A stretch of DNA of 64,000 bases from Candidatus Aenigmatarchaeota archaeon (GCA_021157845.1 JAGGVU010000002.1:31376-95375), one strand, 5' to 3'. Shown: positions 47,033-57,263, counted from the first letter of the stretch. Numbers and translations: made by a program. The notes: generated by a model from the letters alone, not told the origin.

Positions 47033-47848
47033 ATGAACTTGAAGCAAATACTATCAAAGAAGTTAAATGTCAAAAAGGAAAAGCTGCCAAAAAGTTTTGA
47101 CCAGATTGGTTCTATATCTATAATAGATATCCCCGATGAGCTAAAAAAATATGAGAGGATTATTGGCCAAGAATTAATCAGGCTACATAAAAATATCAAA
47201 ACTGTTTATAAAAAGGGCTCGGCACGGAGTGGTATATACAGAACAAGAAAACTGAACTACTTGGCAGGAGAACGAACAGAAATAACAGAGCACAAAGAGT
47301 TTGGCTGTAAATTAAGAATGAATATTAGAAGATGTTATTTCTCGCCAAGAGAAGGAACAGAGCGCTCAAGGTTAATAAAACAAATTAGAAAAGGCGAGAC
47401 AATAATGGTCTTTTTTGCAGGTATAGGTCCGTACCCCATACTAATAAGTAGGCGCACCAAGGCAAAAAATATAATAGGGATAGAGCTGAACCCTGTAGCT
47501 GTGAAATATTTCAGGGAGAATGTGAAGATAAATAAAGCAAAAAATGTCAGTGTAATAGAAGGGGATGTTAGAAAAAAGGCCAGAAAATTTTATGGTTTAT
47601 GTGACAGGGTTATAATGCCTTTGCCTGAGACGGGTTATAAATATTTGGAAGAAGCTATAAAATGTTTAAAAAAAGAAGGAACAATAAATTTTTATTGCTT
47701 TTCACCAGATGATTTAAGCTCGATAAAAGAGAAAATAATGCGCGCAGGAAAAAGGTTGACTAGAAAAGTAAAAATCATTGAACAAAGAAAGGTTCTTCCG
47801 TATAATGCAAGAATATCTAAATGGCGAATAGATATAAGGGTATATTAA
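47033..47848 (+). CDS. tRNA (guanine37-N1)-methyltransferase Trm5 / Taw2-family
   Basis: Met-10+ like SAM motif VFFAGIGPYPI and the NPVA motif (ELNPVAVKYF). Confidence 0.7.
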   Translation: MNLKQILSKKLNVKKEKLPKSFDQIGSISIIDIPDELKKYERIIGQELIRLHKNIKTVYKKGSARSGIYRTRKLNYLAGERTEITEHKEFGCKLRMNIRRCYFSPREGTERSRLIKQIRKGETIMVFFAGIGPYPILISRRTKAKNIIGIELNPVAVKYFRENVKINKAKNVSVIEGDVRKKARKFYGLCDRVIMPLPETGYKYLEEAIKCLKKEGTINFYCFSPDDLSSIKEKIMRAGKRLTRKVKIIEQRKVLPYNARISKWRIDIRVY

Positions 47849-48077
47849 ATTTTATTTTTGCTTTTCAACATGCTTTCAGATAAATGCCATTATAAAATTT
47901 TCTGAGCCGCATAAAAATTGCAAAAACATCTCATAAGCAGTTGTCAACAAGTGACATGCTTTCTATATTCAGCGAACTTACTGACACGCACCACATAAAG
48001 ACATACAAATGATATCGTAACACACTCAATTTTAAATTCTTAAATAGCTTTTTGCCTTATTCATTATAGATGATAAA

Positions 48078-48599
48078 ATGATAGTCGTTTTGCGGTTAGG
48101 TCACCGCTTAGGCAGGGACGCAAGAATTTCTACACATGTGGGACTTGTGGCAAGGGCCTTTGGAGCTGATTTTTTAATTATCAGCGGAGAGCATGATAAA
48201 AAGGTGATAGAAAGTATAACGAATGTTAGTGACGAATGGGGCGGGCATTTTGATACTGTTTATAAGAAAAAATGGGAGCAATGTATTAGCGAATATAAGA
48301 AGAAAGGGTTTTCTATAATTCATTTAACTATGTATGGTCTGCCTATCCAAAATAAAATTAATGAAATCAGGAAAAAGAAAAATCTTCTGATCGTAGTTGG
48401 TGGCCAAAAAGTTCCTGGTGAAGTATATAAAATCAGTGACTACAATATTGCCATCACAAACCAGCCGCATTCAGAAGTCGCGGCATTAGCTGTGTTTTTA
48501 CACGAATATTTTTCAGGTACTGAACTGGACAGACAATGGAAAGATGCTAGTAAGAAAATAATTCCGCAGAAAAGAGGAAAGCAAGTTATTAACCAATAA
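48078..48599 (+). CDS. tRNA (cytidine56-2'-O)-methyltransferase aTrm56 (SPOUT)
   Basis: VLRLGHRLGRDARISTHVGLVARAFGA matches the aTrm56 N-terminal consensus. Confidence 0.7.
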   Translation: MIVVLRLGHRLGRDARISTHVGLVARAFGADFLIISGEHDKKVIESITNVSDEWGGHFDTVYKKKWEQCISEYKKKGFSIIHLTMYGLPIQNKINEIRKKKNLLIVVGGQKVPGEVYKISDYNIAITNQPHSEVAALAVFLHEYFSGTELDRQWKDASKKIIPQKRGKQVINQ

Positions 48600-48605
48600 T
48601 GTTAA

Positions 48606-49322
48606 TTAATAATTGGCCCTTATTTCTGTTTTGACAAATTTTTCAGCGATAGATTTGAACGTATTTAATTCTGCAACTGAAAAGGATTTTTTCTTTTCGT
48701 ATTCTGGGTTTATGCAGTTTTGTGGAACAAAGTTTTGTATTACAAATTTCTTGGCACCCTTGATATATTTCACTATCGCTTCAATATCTTCTTTGGTGTG
48801 GAGGCCAGGCACAGCAGTTGTTCTGAACTCATAAGCCACACCACTTTTTATTATAATAGAAACGCTTCTTTTTATCTTTTTTAATTTTTCATCTGTTATT
48901 TTAATTCCACACGCCTTGGAATATTTCTCTTTAGTTAGGGGAGATTTTATGTCCATAGCAATAAAGTCAACAAGATTTTGGCTAACGATCTCTTCTAATT
49001 TTTCAGGAAAACTTCCGTTTGTGTCTAATTTAACGAGATAGCCAAGTTCTTTAATTTTTTTAATGAAACTTACCAGATCTGTTTGCAGGCATGGTTCGCC
49101 GCCGGTTATTTCAACAGCTTCGAGAAGGTTTTTTCTTTTTTTCAAAAAATCGAAAATCTCCCCTTCTTTTATATGGTTTAGTTGCTTTATTTTTTTTTCA
49201 AGGACAAGCTGGCTGTTATGACAGAACGGACATCTGAAATTACAACCAATCGTAAAAATTATACATGATATTTTCCCGGGATAGTCTATCAAGGAAATTT
49301 TCTGAAGCCCTCCTATTAACAT
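48606..49322 (-). CDS. nrdG: anaerobic ribonucleotide reductase activating protein (radical SAM, NrdG-like)
   Basis: CNFRCPFCHN radical-SAM cluster motif. Adjacent to nrdD. Confidence 0.7.
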   Translation of the reverse strand: MLIGGLQKISLIDYPGKISCIIFTIGCNFRCPFCHNSQLVLEKKIKQLNHIKEGEIFDFLKKRKNLLEAVEITGGEPCLQTDLVSFIKKIKELGYLVKLDTNGSFPEKLEEIVSQNLVDFIAMDIKSPLTKEKYSKACGIKITDEKLKKIKRSVSIIIKSGVAYEFRTTAVPGLHTKEDIEAIVKYIKGAKKFVIQNFVPQNCINPEYEKKKSFSVAELNTFKSIAEKFVKTEIRANY

Positions 49323-49537
49323 ATTATCACATTTTTCAAAACCAGCTAAAATTAGGCAGGATTAGTTTTAGCTTCTTCAACCTGTTTATCAAAGGTTTTT
49401 CTGTCTTCGAATTCTGCCTGTTTGCCGTCATTCCACTGGCTGACTGGCCTTAGATATCCAACAACCCGCGAAAAAACCTCACATCTCGTTTTTGTCATTT
49501 TTATTCCTCCCTCCTTTCTAAATAACTAAAATAAAAA

Positions 49538-52500
49538 TTAATTCTCTGTAGCACAAATTGGGCAGTAATAATGTTTTCCAGGTATATAGCCGTGTATAGG
49601 GCATATGCTAAATGTTGGTGTTATGGTAAAGTATGGAAGCCTGAAATTTTCTGCTATCTTTCTTATAAGATTTTTCGTAGCTTCTGGGGATGGCATGCTC
49701 TCGCCTATAAATCCATGCAAAACTGTCCCACCTGTATATTTACATTGTAGGTTATCCTGAAGTTTCAAAGCTTCAAAAATGTCATCCGTGTAGTCAACTG
49801 GCAGTTGTGTTGAATTTGTATAGTACGGTGCTGCACCTCTTCTATAATTTTCTTCGTTTGCAACTATTATGTCCGGATAATTTTTTTTGTCAAGCCGCGC
49901 AAGCCTATGAGACGCCCCTTCTGCTGGTGTTGCCTCGAGGTTATATATATTTCCTGTTTCCTGTTGATAGCTCTGGAGTTTATTTCTCATAAAGTCCAAA
50001 ACCTTCTCAGCAAATTTTCTGCCTTTTTCGTCTGCTATATTTACGCCCATAAAATTTAGTAGGGCTTCGTTCATACCAATTAGTCCAATCGTTGAGAAAT
50101 GGTTTTTCCAATATTTCCCTGTTTTTTGTTTTATACTTCTCAAATAAAATCTGGAATATGGATACAGCCCCTTTTCAGTGAAATTTTCAATAATTTTTCT
50201 TTTGATTTCAAGGCTTTTTTTTGCCAGGTCCATATTTTTTTCAAGTTTCTCAAAAAACTCTTCTTCTGTTTTTGACATGTACCCTATTTTTGGCATGTTT
50301 ATGGTTACCACGCCTATAGAACCTGTGAGCGGATTAGCACCAAACAGTCCGCCGCCCCTTTTTTTTAATTCTCTATTGTCTATTCTAAGCCGGCAGTTGT
50401 GCGTAAGAATACCAGTAGTTCCTACTGTAAACATTGGCTCCCCGTTCTCAACTTCAAAGCAATAAGCAGTATTGTTTTTTAATTGCTTAATAGACTTGAT
50501 CTTTATCCAAAGCTTGTTGTCATGTTTAAACCAGAAATCACCATAGTTATTTCTATTTAGTTGATAGACTAAAACGGAATAGTTCGGTTCTTCACCTAAT
50601 CTACCGTCTCTACTGTCCTCATATACAGATGTGGTTGTTCCTAAAGTAGCTGCAAGCATATTAAGTGTTTCTAACATTTTCTTGGATGATGTGTATATTC
50701 TGTTGCGATTTCCTCCATCTGTTGCATAGTGCCCTTCCAATACACCCTTTCTAAATTCCAAACTCATTCCAAATATTCTACTTTTATAATGCTTCTCTCT
50801 TTTTATTCCAGAAACAAAGTCTTTACAAAGTCCTACAGCAGCTTTTGAATGTATTCTAAGTGTAAAGAGTTTAGTGTCGTCATACTCCTTTGTTGTACAA
50901 TGCGCCCCAAAATATTTTTCGGCAATTTGTTTTAGTTTTTTTGCAACAGTCTTTTTTTCTCCGGCTCCTAAAGAAAACACAACTGTTGTTTCTCTATCTA
51001 ATGATCCATCACCCGCATAAGCACCTACAAAATATCCCAAGTCAGCATTTCCACCATTTCCTTCGTACACATTAAGAGAATAGGGAAGATACATGCCTTC
51101 TTCCAATTGCTCTCCTTTCAATTCTTCTACCACCGCGTCTGGCCCTCTCATTACAAAATTGAGATGTTCACTAGACATTTTTATTTTATGACCATTTTCG
51201 AGAGCAATTTCAATCATTTTTTGATTTGGGAATTTGTTAAACTTGCCTTTTACAAATTTTCCATCACTGTAAATTTCATATTTCTCAGTCTTAGAATTAC
51301 CTTCATAGATGTTTCTAATGCTTGAATATTCCAACCTCCTTCCTCTATTTGATTTTATCAATACCTTTTCTTCGCCATCTAGCGGACACATACTTCTTAC
51401 GTCATCTGGCTTCATGTCACTATTTATAAAATTAGCGAAATATGGAACTCCGTACTTTGCAGTCATTTCCCAAAGTGGTTTATAGTCTTCTTTATCCCAC
51501 TCAAAATTTTTCGTTATGTTATATGTTGGAATTGGGAATGTGAACACCCGGCCTTTTGCATCACCTTCTAGCATCATTTCAGCAAACGCCCTGTTTATCA
51601 TATTCATCTCTTTCTGAAAGTCAGAGTAGGATTCTTTCTGCGGCTTTCCACCAATTATTACTGGCTCGTTTTTCATGTAGCTTGGAACTTCCAAATCGAG
51701 CGTTATGTTTGTAAAAGGAGTGTTCCCTGTTATGAAGACTTTGCCATTTCTTCTTGCTATTACAGTCTCATTTTTTGTGTTTGGGCACCATATTATCCCG
51801 TTATAGTTTACTTTTGTTATTTTCTGTATATACGTTTCCTTGTGTTTGATAAGTCTAAGGACATAAATATCTTTACTGCCGATTGTTGGCTTTCTTTTCA
51901 AGACAGTAAATCCGTACCCAGCGTTAACTGCTATGATTTGCAGTGCATCTAAAATTTCCAAATTCGTCGTCGCAATTTTGCAATTTTCGAACCCATCTGC
52001 CTTAAGGTAAGTTTGAATAAATAACTTAGACTGCCGTTCGTTCATATTTAATAAAATATCAGGTACAAAACTGATATTATCTCTAGTTCCAAACCATTTG
52101 TGAATTTTTCTGGAACTTTTTGCGTCAAGCCTAAGTCTTGCGACTTTACCATCAAAAGCAGCAGACTCATATTCAGAGTATTTTAGTTTGAAATGTTTCA
52201 GAAGTTTGATTATTTCTTTATAGTTCTTTTTGTTTTTTTCTTTCGACTGGTAAATACTTATCCTGTAGCAGTGTCTATATTTTGTTGGTCTTTCTATTGT
52301 TCCTTCGCTTATAATCCATGCCATTAATTTTATTTGTTCATCACTGATTGTTGCCTCTTTGTTTGAATTTTTTCCAGCGATAGGAATAATAAAAGGTGAT
52401 TTTAATTTTATGACGTCTTCTATCGGTTCAAGTATATATGCGCTGGTTTGAAAATTTTTTCTAACAACCCTATGTTTTGGCGATATTAATTGATCTTGTA

Positions 52501-53485
52501 CATGATTTTTCAGATTATACATTATTCCCTTATAATGCTTTTTGAAAACTCTTCTGACACGCTGATTTTCTATTTTGCCTGTTTTTACATTAAATGTCTT
52601 TATTATACTCCCTCTTTTTATTTCGTCATATCTGGCCCAGCCTTCTGGTGTCAATATTTCCGTATCTTCTGATACACACTGAAACCCAACCCTTGTCGGC
52701 ACATTTATGTTAAATAGAAATTCCTGCATCGCCTGCTTAACCTGTTTGTAGTTTAGATTGTCATAGCGAATAAATGGCGCAAGAAGCGTATCAAAATTTG
52801 AAAAAGCCTGTGCACCCGCTGCCTCGCCCTGCAGTGTATAGAAAAAATTTATTATCTGGCCAAGTGCAACCCGCAGATGTTTTGCAGGTTTGGTTTCTAT
52901 TTTTCCGCTCACACCTTTGAAGCCTGATAAGAGAAGGTCCTGCAAATCCCATCCTACGCAGTATGCACCAAATATTCCCAAATCATGAATATGAAAATCG
53001 CCGCTATTATATGCCTGTCTGATTTCTGGTGGATATATTTTATTCAGCCAATAGTTAGAAATAATTTTTGATGAGATATGAAAATTTAAGCCCTGCAAGG
53101 AATAAGTCATATTGCTATTCTCACGCACGCGCCAGTCCTTTTCATCAAGATACTTATCAACAACACTGAGGTCGCCAACCATCCTTCTAAGTTCTCTCAG
53201 TTCTTTATGCTGTTGTCTGTATAATATGTATGCTTTGGCAGTTTTTGCGTGGCCGTTTTCTATTAAAACCTTTTCAACTATATCCTGTATTTCCTCAACT
53301 GTAGGTTCTCTGCTAATGCCATCATATTTTTTTTCTAATATTTCTACAACTTGGGCAGATAGTTTTTTAGATAACTCTTTATCTTTTCCACCAACTGCCT
53401 GTGCAGCTTTCCAAATGGCTTCTGTTATTTTATTCGGTTCAAAATCAACAATTCTTCCATCCCGCTTTTTGATTTTTTTTATCAT
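49538..53485 (-). CDS. nrdD: anaerobic ribonucleoside-triphosphate reductase NrdD (class III) interrupted by two inteins
   Basis: ATP-cone N-terminus, C-terminal ..TFSICPIHGY..CPIC glycyl-radical/Zn-ribbon region. Extein total is about 665 aa out of 1315. Confidence 0.85.
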   Translation of the reverse strand: MIKKIKKRDGRIVDFEPNKITEAIWKAAQAVGGKDKELSKKLSAQVVEILEKKYDGISREPTVEEIQDIVEKVLIENGHAKTAKAYILYRQQHKELRELRRMVGDLSVVDKYLDEKDWRVRENSNMTYSLQGLNFHISSKIISNYWLNKIYPPEIRQAYNSGDFHIHDLGIFGAYCVGWDLQDLLLSGFKGVSGKIETKPAKHLRVALGQIINFFYTLQGEAAGAQAFSNFDTLLAPFIRYDNLNYKQVKQAMQEFLFNINVPTRVGFQCVSEDTEILTPEGWARYDEIKRGSIIKTFNVKTGKIENQRVRRVFKKHYKGIMYNLKNHVQDQLISPKHRVVRKNFQTSAYILEPIEDVIKLKSPFIIPIAGKNSNKEATISDEQIKLMAWIISEGTIERPTKYRHCYRISIYQSKEKNKKNYKEIIKLLKHFKLKYSEYESAAFDGKVARLRLDAKSSRKIHKWFGTRDNISFVPDILLNMNERQSKLFIQTYLKADGFENCKIATTNLEILDALQIIAVNAGYGFTVLKRKPTIGSKDIYVLRLIKHKETYIQKITKVNYNGIIWCPNTKNETVIARRNGKVFITGNTPFTNITLDLEVPSYMKNEPVIIGGKPQKESYSDFQKEMNMINRAFAEMMLEGDAKGRVFTFPIPTYNITKNFEWDKEDYKPLWEMTAKYGVPYFANFINSDMKPDDVRSMCPLDGEEKVLIKSNRGRRLEYSSIRNIYEGNSKTEKYEIYSDGKFVKGKFNKFPNQKMIEIALENGHKIKMSSEHLNFVMRGPDAVVEELKGEQLEEGMYLPYSLNVYEGNGGNADLGYFVGAYAGDGSLDRETTVVFSLGAGEKKTVAKKLKQIAEKYFGAHCTTKEYDDTKLFTLRIHSKAAVGLCKDFVSGIKREKHYKSRIFGMSLEFRKGVLEGHYATDGGNRNRIYTSSKKMLETLNMLAATLGTTTSVYEDSRDGRLGEEPNYSVLVYQLNRNNYGDFWFKHDNKLWIKIKSIKQLKNNTAYCFEVENGEPMFTVGTTGILTHNCRLRIDNRELKKRGGGLFGANPLTGSIGVVTINMPKIGYMSKTEEEFFEKLEKNMDLAKKSLEIKRKIIENFTEKGLYPYSRFYLRSIKQKTGKYWKNHFSTIGLIGMNEALLNFMGVNIADEKGRKFAEKVLDFMRNKLQSYQQETGNIYNLEATPAEGASHRLARLDKKNYPDIIVANEENYRRGAAPYYTNSTQLPVDYTDDIFEALKLQDNLQCKYTGGTVLHGFIGESMPSPEATKNLIRKIAENFRLPYFTITPTFSICPIHGYIPGKHYYCPICATEN
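50396..51388 (-). mobile_element. intein 2 in NrdD (331 aa, LAGLIDADG homing endonuclease) inserted at SM/CRLR catalytic motif
   Basis: Begins CPLDGEEKVLI. Block B GHKIKMSSEHLNFV. LGYFVGAYAGDGS LAGLIDADG motif. Ends GILTHN followed by C. Confidence 0.7.
51722..52678 (-). mobile_element. intein 1 in NrdD (319 aa, LAGLIDADG homing endonuclease)
   Basis: Begins CVSEDTEILTPEGW (block A). Block B ..SPKHRVV. LAGLIDADG-like motifs LMAWIISEGT and YLKADGFE. Ends KVFITGN followed by Thr, i.e. penultimate Gly instead of His. Confidence 0.6.
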
Positions 53486-53943
53486 TTTTTCACCCCTTTT
53501 AGTGAACTTATTTCGTTTTCAAACGATTCTATATCTTCAAAAGATCTATACACCGACGCAAATCTAATATAAGCAACTTTGTCAAGTTTCTTAAGTTTCT
53601 TTACAACCATTTCACCAATAACAGAACTTTCTATCTCCCTTTGTCCGGTTTTTCTGATATCCTTCTCAATCTTGTCAACCATTTTTTCTATTTTATCATA
53701 ACCTATTGGCCGTTTTTCACACGCCTTTTTTATACCTGCCAATATTTTCTCCCTATTAAATTCCTCTCTTCGTCCATCTTTTTTTATCACAACTATGTCT
53801 ATAGAAGGTCTTTCATATGTTACGAAACGTTTGCCACATTTTTCACACTCGCGGCGCCTTTTTATCGCACCCTCGACTTCCCTTGTTTCAAGAACTTTTG
53901 TCTCTTTATATGAGCAAAAAGGACACTTCGTAATTACCACCAA
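53482..53943 (-). CDS. nrdR: transcriptional repressor NrdR (zinc ribbon + ATP-cone)
   Basis: CPFC..TKV..R......RRRECEKCGKRF.TYE zinc ribbon followed by an ATP-cone. Its stop overlaps the nrdD start. Confidence 0.75.
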   Translation of the reverse strand: MVVITKCPFCSYKETKVLETREVEGAIKRRRECEKCGKRFVTYERPSIDIVVIKKDGRREEFNREKILAGIKKACEKRPIGYDKIEKMVDKIEKDIRKTGQREIESSVIGEMVVKKLKKLDKVAYIRFASVYRSFEDIESFENEISSLKGVKK

Positions 53944-54133
53944 ATAACACTATATATAGAATTTCAGACCACACCATACACTACATATAGTGATATAGAA
54001 CAATATATTGTATACGCCAGTATATATAGATTTTTGTCTTACAGCATATATTTTTTGCAACAACTAAGATTTTTTTACAATTTCAGCATCTTTAAAAATA
54101 TTAGAAGCAATTTTCTTACTAATTAATTGTAAA

Positions 54134-55009
54134 GTGATAAATATGAATAAAAAAATAACAAGCGGACTTTCTCTGGCAGAGGCCGTAATAAACACCTCGT
54201 ATATGGTAGAAAGCGAGCTTGGTCTGCGCGAATTAAAACAAATAAACTGGTATCATGACAAAATAAATGAAATAGCAGGCGAACTGAAAAAGAGGGTAAA
54301 CAAATACAGAACAGTAGAAGATGTTATTACGAATTATATTTATTCCAACTATCCAGACGTAAGTTTTATTACACAGCACCTGGACAAAAGCAGGTTTGAA
54401 TATAGTGAAGAAAATAGTAGCTGTGTTGTTTGTGCTTCTCTGTTTCTTTCTTTGGCAGAAAAATTAGATTATGAATTGTTTGAGAACTCTTATTTAGCTA
54501 GCATGCACGATTTTTATGGCAACGGTCACTTGTTTATAAGGAAATATGAAAATGGGGCTAGTAAAAATATAGACTTTGCTATGGTTAGAAAAAGGCCATT
54601 CCCGACTACAAGGGATTATAGGCTATACAAAAAGGGTAAGAAAAAAATTATATTTCACACCGAAGCTAATAATCTTTCTTATCTTAGGACATATCACCAG
54701 TTTCCAACCACAGAAGAAAAAAAATTAATATTTGCCGAAATAGCAAATGAAGCTGGTTGGATAGCTTGGGATAAAAAAAGAATTGATGACGCCTTAAAAT
54801 ATTTGAATTATGCACTGCGTTTTTCTTCCTTACCTGATATATTTATTAATAAGATTGAATTGCTTTGCGAAGGAAATCGGATAGCTGATGCAATAGCATG
54901 TTGTAAAGAAGCAATAAAAATAGCAAAGAAGAATTACGATCCGATATGCATCAGCTACTTTGAAGAGGCCCTGGAAGATTTGAAACATGACAAGCGGACG
55001 CCTGAGTGA
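54134..55009 (+). CDS. hypothetical protein (helical repeat C-terminus)
   Basis: 291-aa ORF, no family recognised. Confidence 0.4.
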   Translation: MINMNKKITSGLSLAEAVINTSYMVESELGLRELKQINWYHDKINEIAGELKKRVNKYRTVEDVITNYIYSNYPDVSFITQHLDKSRFEYSEENSSCVVCASLFLSLAEKLDYELFENSYLASMHDFYGNGHLFIRKYENGASKNIDFAMVRKRPFPTTRDYRLYKKGKKKIIFHTEANNLSYLRTYHQFPTTEEKKLIFAEIANEAGWIAWDKKRIDDALKYLNYALRFSSLPDIFINKIELLCEGNRIADAIACCKEAIKIAKKNYDPICISYFEEALEDLKHDKRTPE

Positions 55010-55021
55010 AAAATAAACGGC

Positions 55022-55387
55022 TCAGTAGGAAACCTCCCAGCTATATTCATTTAGGTACACAAATATGTCTTCTTCGCTAAGGTCCGAGAGGTGAGGATTT
55101 TCTTTCTTTACATAGTTTACAATCATCTTTTCTATATCCTCCTCAGTAAGGAATATATAATTTCCTTTACCTAGACATACACGTCCATAAGTTTTTCGAA
55201 AAAGAAGCCCTCTCCGTCCGAATTCTATATCTTCTGGGCGTATTTTCTCTATTTGTTCTGATTTATATGTATTTTTTATTGTTTTATTCTTTTTCAACCC
55301 ATCTGCTATTATCCTTTTTACTTCGTCTTCCTCAAATACTTTGTTGTAACCTATTTCCATATTTATCACCTCAAAAAAATTATACAT
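55022..55387 (-). CDS. hypothetical protein
   Basis: 121-aa ORF, no family recognised. Confidence 0.35.
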   Translation of the reverse strand: MYNFFEVINMEIGYNKVFEEDEVKRIIADGLKKNKTIKNTYKSEQIEKIRPEDIEFGRRGLLFRKTYGRVCLGKGNYIFLTEEDIEKMIVNYVKKENPHLSDLSEEDIFVYLNEYSWEVSY

Positions 55388-55438
55388 ATTTGACCAGAAA
55401 ACCTTAAAAAACTGCCATTTATAGGTAATAAATAAAAA

Positions 55439-56356
55439 TTATTTCGTTAAGAGTACGACCCTGCTTTCCTTTTTTTCGTCTGTGATTTTATATGACGAAT
55501 TCTGCTCAATGGCCTCAGCGAATTTCATTATTTCTTCATGCCGCGGCATGAACTTTAATCCAAGCCGCTCTCTGGAAAAGCCAACAGCCATGTATGCTTT
55601 CGCCTCTACAAATCTCGGGTTGGTCTTTTCTATTATTTCAGCATATTGTTCAGGCTTTATCATGTTTAACCCTTTAACAAGTGTCAGCCTTATAACAGAA
55701 CGGTTAAACTGGCTGAGCATGGACAAGGATTTTTTCAGCCGTGTCCAGCCGTCAGATATTATCGGCTGACAGGTTTTTTTATATATTTCCTCGTCAGGTG
55801 CAGCTACTGTTATGTAAAGTTGGTATGGCTGGTGTTCCAAGAGCCTCTCAATCATTTCAGGTCTTGTGCCGTTTGTCACGAGAAACGATGTCATGCCTCT
55901 GCTGTTCACGAGGTCTACGAACTCCGGCAGCTTTGGATATAGGGTCGGCTCACCTGCTAAAGAGATAGCAACCTGGTTTGGATTCATGGCCTCTTTAAAC
56001 TTTTTTTCGCTTACTTTTGGATTTCCCTTGAACCCCTGCAAGATTTCACGCTGGGCATTTATGCAATCATCCAATATTTGCTCCGGCTCGTCTATTGGTC
56101 CTACCCATTCAGGATATGTTATATTTGTGTCTCGCCAGCAAAATCGGCAGCGCTGGGTGCAGAAAGGAAGTGCTGGTGTCATCTGTAAACACCGGTGAGA
56201 TGAAATTCCATAGAATTTTTCCTTATAGCACACATTTCTGCCGCGCAATGATTCTCGTGTCCAGTTGCATATTTTTATTGCGGAATGCTTCGAAGGGCCT
56301 GCAAATCTGTACCCAATCTTTTCCAGTTTTTTTATCGTTTCTTCGTTAACTATCAT
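55439..56356 (-). CDS. taw1: tRNA 4-demethylwyosine synthase Taw1 (TYW1, radical SAM)
   Basis: CTQRCRFCWR radical-SAM motif plus the additional N-terminal Cys cluster. ~305 aa, as expected for archaeal Taw1. Confidence 0.8.
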   Translation of the reverse strand: MIVNEETIKKLEKIGYRFAGPSKHSAIKICNWTRESLRGRNVCYKEKFYGISSHRCLQMTPALPFCTQRCRFCWRDTNITYPEWVGPIDEPEQILDDCINAQREILQGFKGNPKVSEKKFKEAMNPNQVAISLAGEPTLYPKLPEFVDLVNSRGMTSFLVTNGTRPEMIERLLEHQPYQLYITVAAPDEEIYKKTCQPIISDGWTRLKKSLSMLSQFNRSVIRLTLVKGLNMIKPEQYAEIIEKTNPRFVEAKAYMAVGFSRERLGLKFMPRHEEIMKFAEAIEQNSSYKITDEKKESRVVLLTK

Positions 56357-56408
56357 AGAAGAAATAATTACTCAAATCTTTAAAAGAGTTTTTCATTAAT
56401 TTCTAGTT

Positions 56409-57233
56409 ATGTCTTTCAAGCAAAAACTCGCTGACAAAACAGGCCTGCCACTGAAAGCGCTGCCTTCTAGCTATCAGAGAATAGGAGATATAATACTAAT
56501 CAAGCTTTTCGGCGAAGCTGCACGACAAAAGAAGAAAATAAGCAAAGCGATTTTAGAGATGTTCCCATACATAAAAACGGTTTGCAGTATAAAAGGAATT
56601 TCAGGCGAGTACAGAGAGCCAGTTGTAGAGCTAATAGCTGGAGATAAAAGCACTATCACGATTCATAAGGAGCACGGCTGTCTATTTAAACTGGATGTAA
56701 GAAAAATAATGTTTTCAAAAGGGAACTTATCAGAGCGTCGCCGACTTGTTGGTCAGGTTAGGCCGGGTGAGACAATAGTTGATATGTTTGCTGGAATTGG
56801 CTATTTTTCCATAGGCATAGCCAAGAATACAAAAGCCAAAAAAATTTATGCAATAGAGAAGAATCCGGTTTCTTTTGGCTATCTGAAAGAGAACATAAAG
56901 CTAAACAAGATAAAAAACATTAAGCCAATTTTAGGAGATTGCAGAGATGTAAAAATAAAAGAAAAGGCAGACAGAGTAATAATGGGCTATTTTCCCGGAA
57001 CAGAGCGATTTCTCTCAACAGCTCTCTCTTTTCTAAAGGACAGTGGAATTATTCATTATCATAATATTTACAAAGAAAATGAACTATGGAAAAACCCCCT
57101 GGAAGAACTAAAAAAAACAGCTGATAAAAATTCCTATTCAATAAAGGTCCTTAAAAAGAAAAAAGTCAAAAGCGTTGCGCCACACGTATATCATATAGTT
57201 ATAGATTGTCTATGCGAAAGGAAAAAGTTATAA
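56409..57233 (+). CDS. Trm5/Taw2-family SAM-dependent tRNA modification enzyme (second paralog)
   Basis: VDMFAGIGYFSIGIA and IEKNPVSF motifs. Divergent from taw1. Confidence 0.7.
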   Translation: MSFKQKLADKTGLPLKALPSSYQRIGDIILIKLFGEAARQKKKISKAILEMFPYIKTVCSIKGISGEYREPVVELIAGDKSTITIHKEHGCLFKLDVRKIMFSKGNLSERRRLVGQVRPGETIVDMFAGIGYFSIGIAKNTKAKKIYAIEKNPVSFGYLKENIKLNKIKNIKPILGDCRDVKIKEKADRVIMGYFPGTERFLSTALSFLKDSGIIHYHNIYKENELWKNPLEELKKTADKNSYSIKVLKKKKVKSVAPHVYHIVIDCLCERKKL

Positions 57234-57263
57234 ATAGTTTTCTTTCTCTACGATAGTTCTGAA

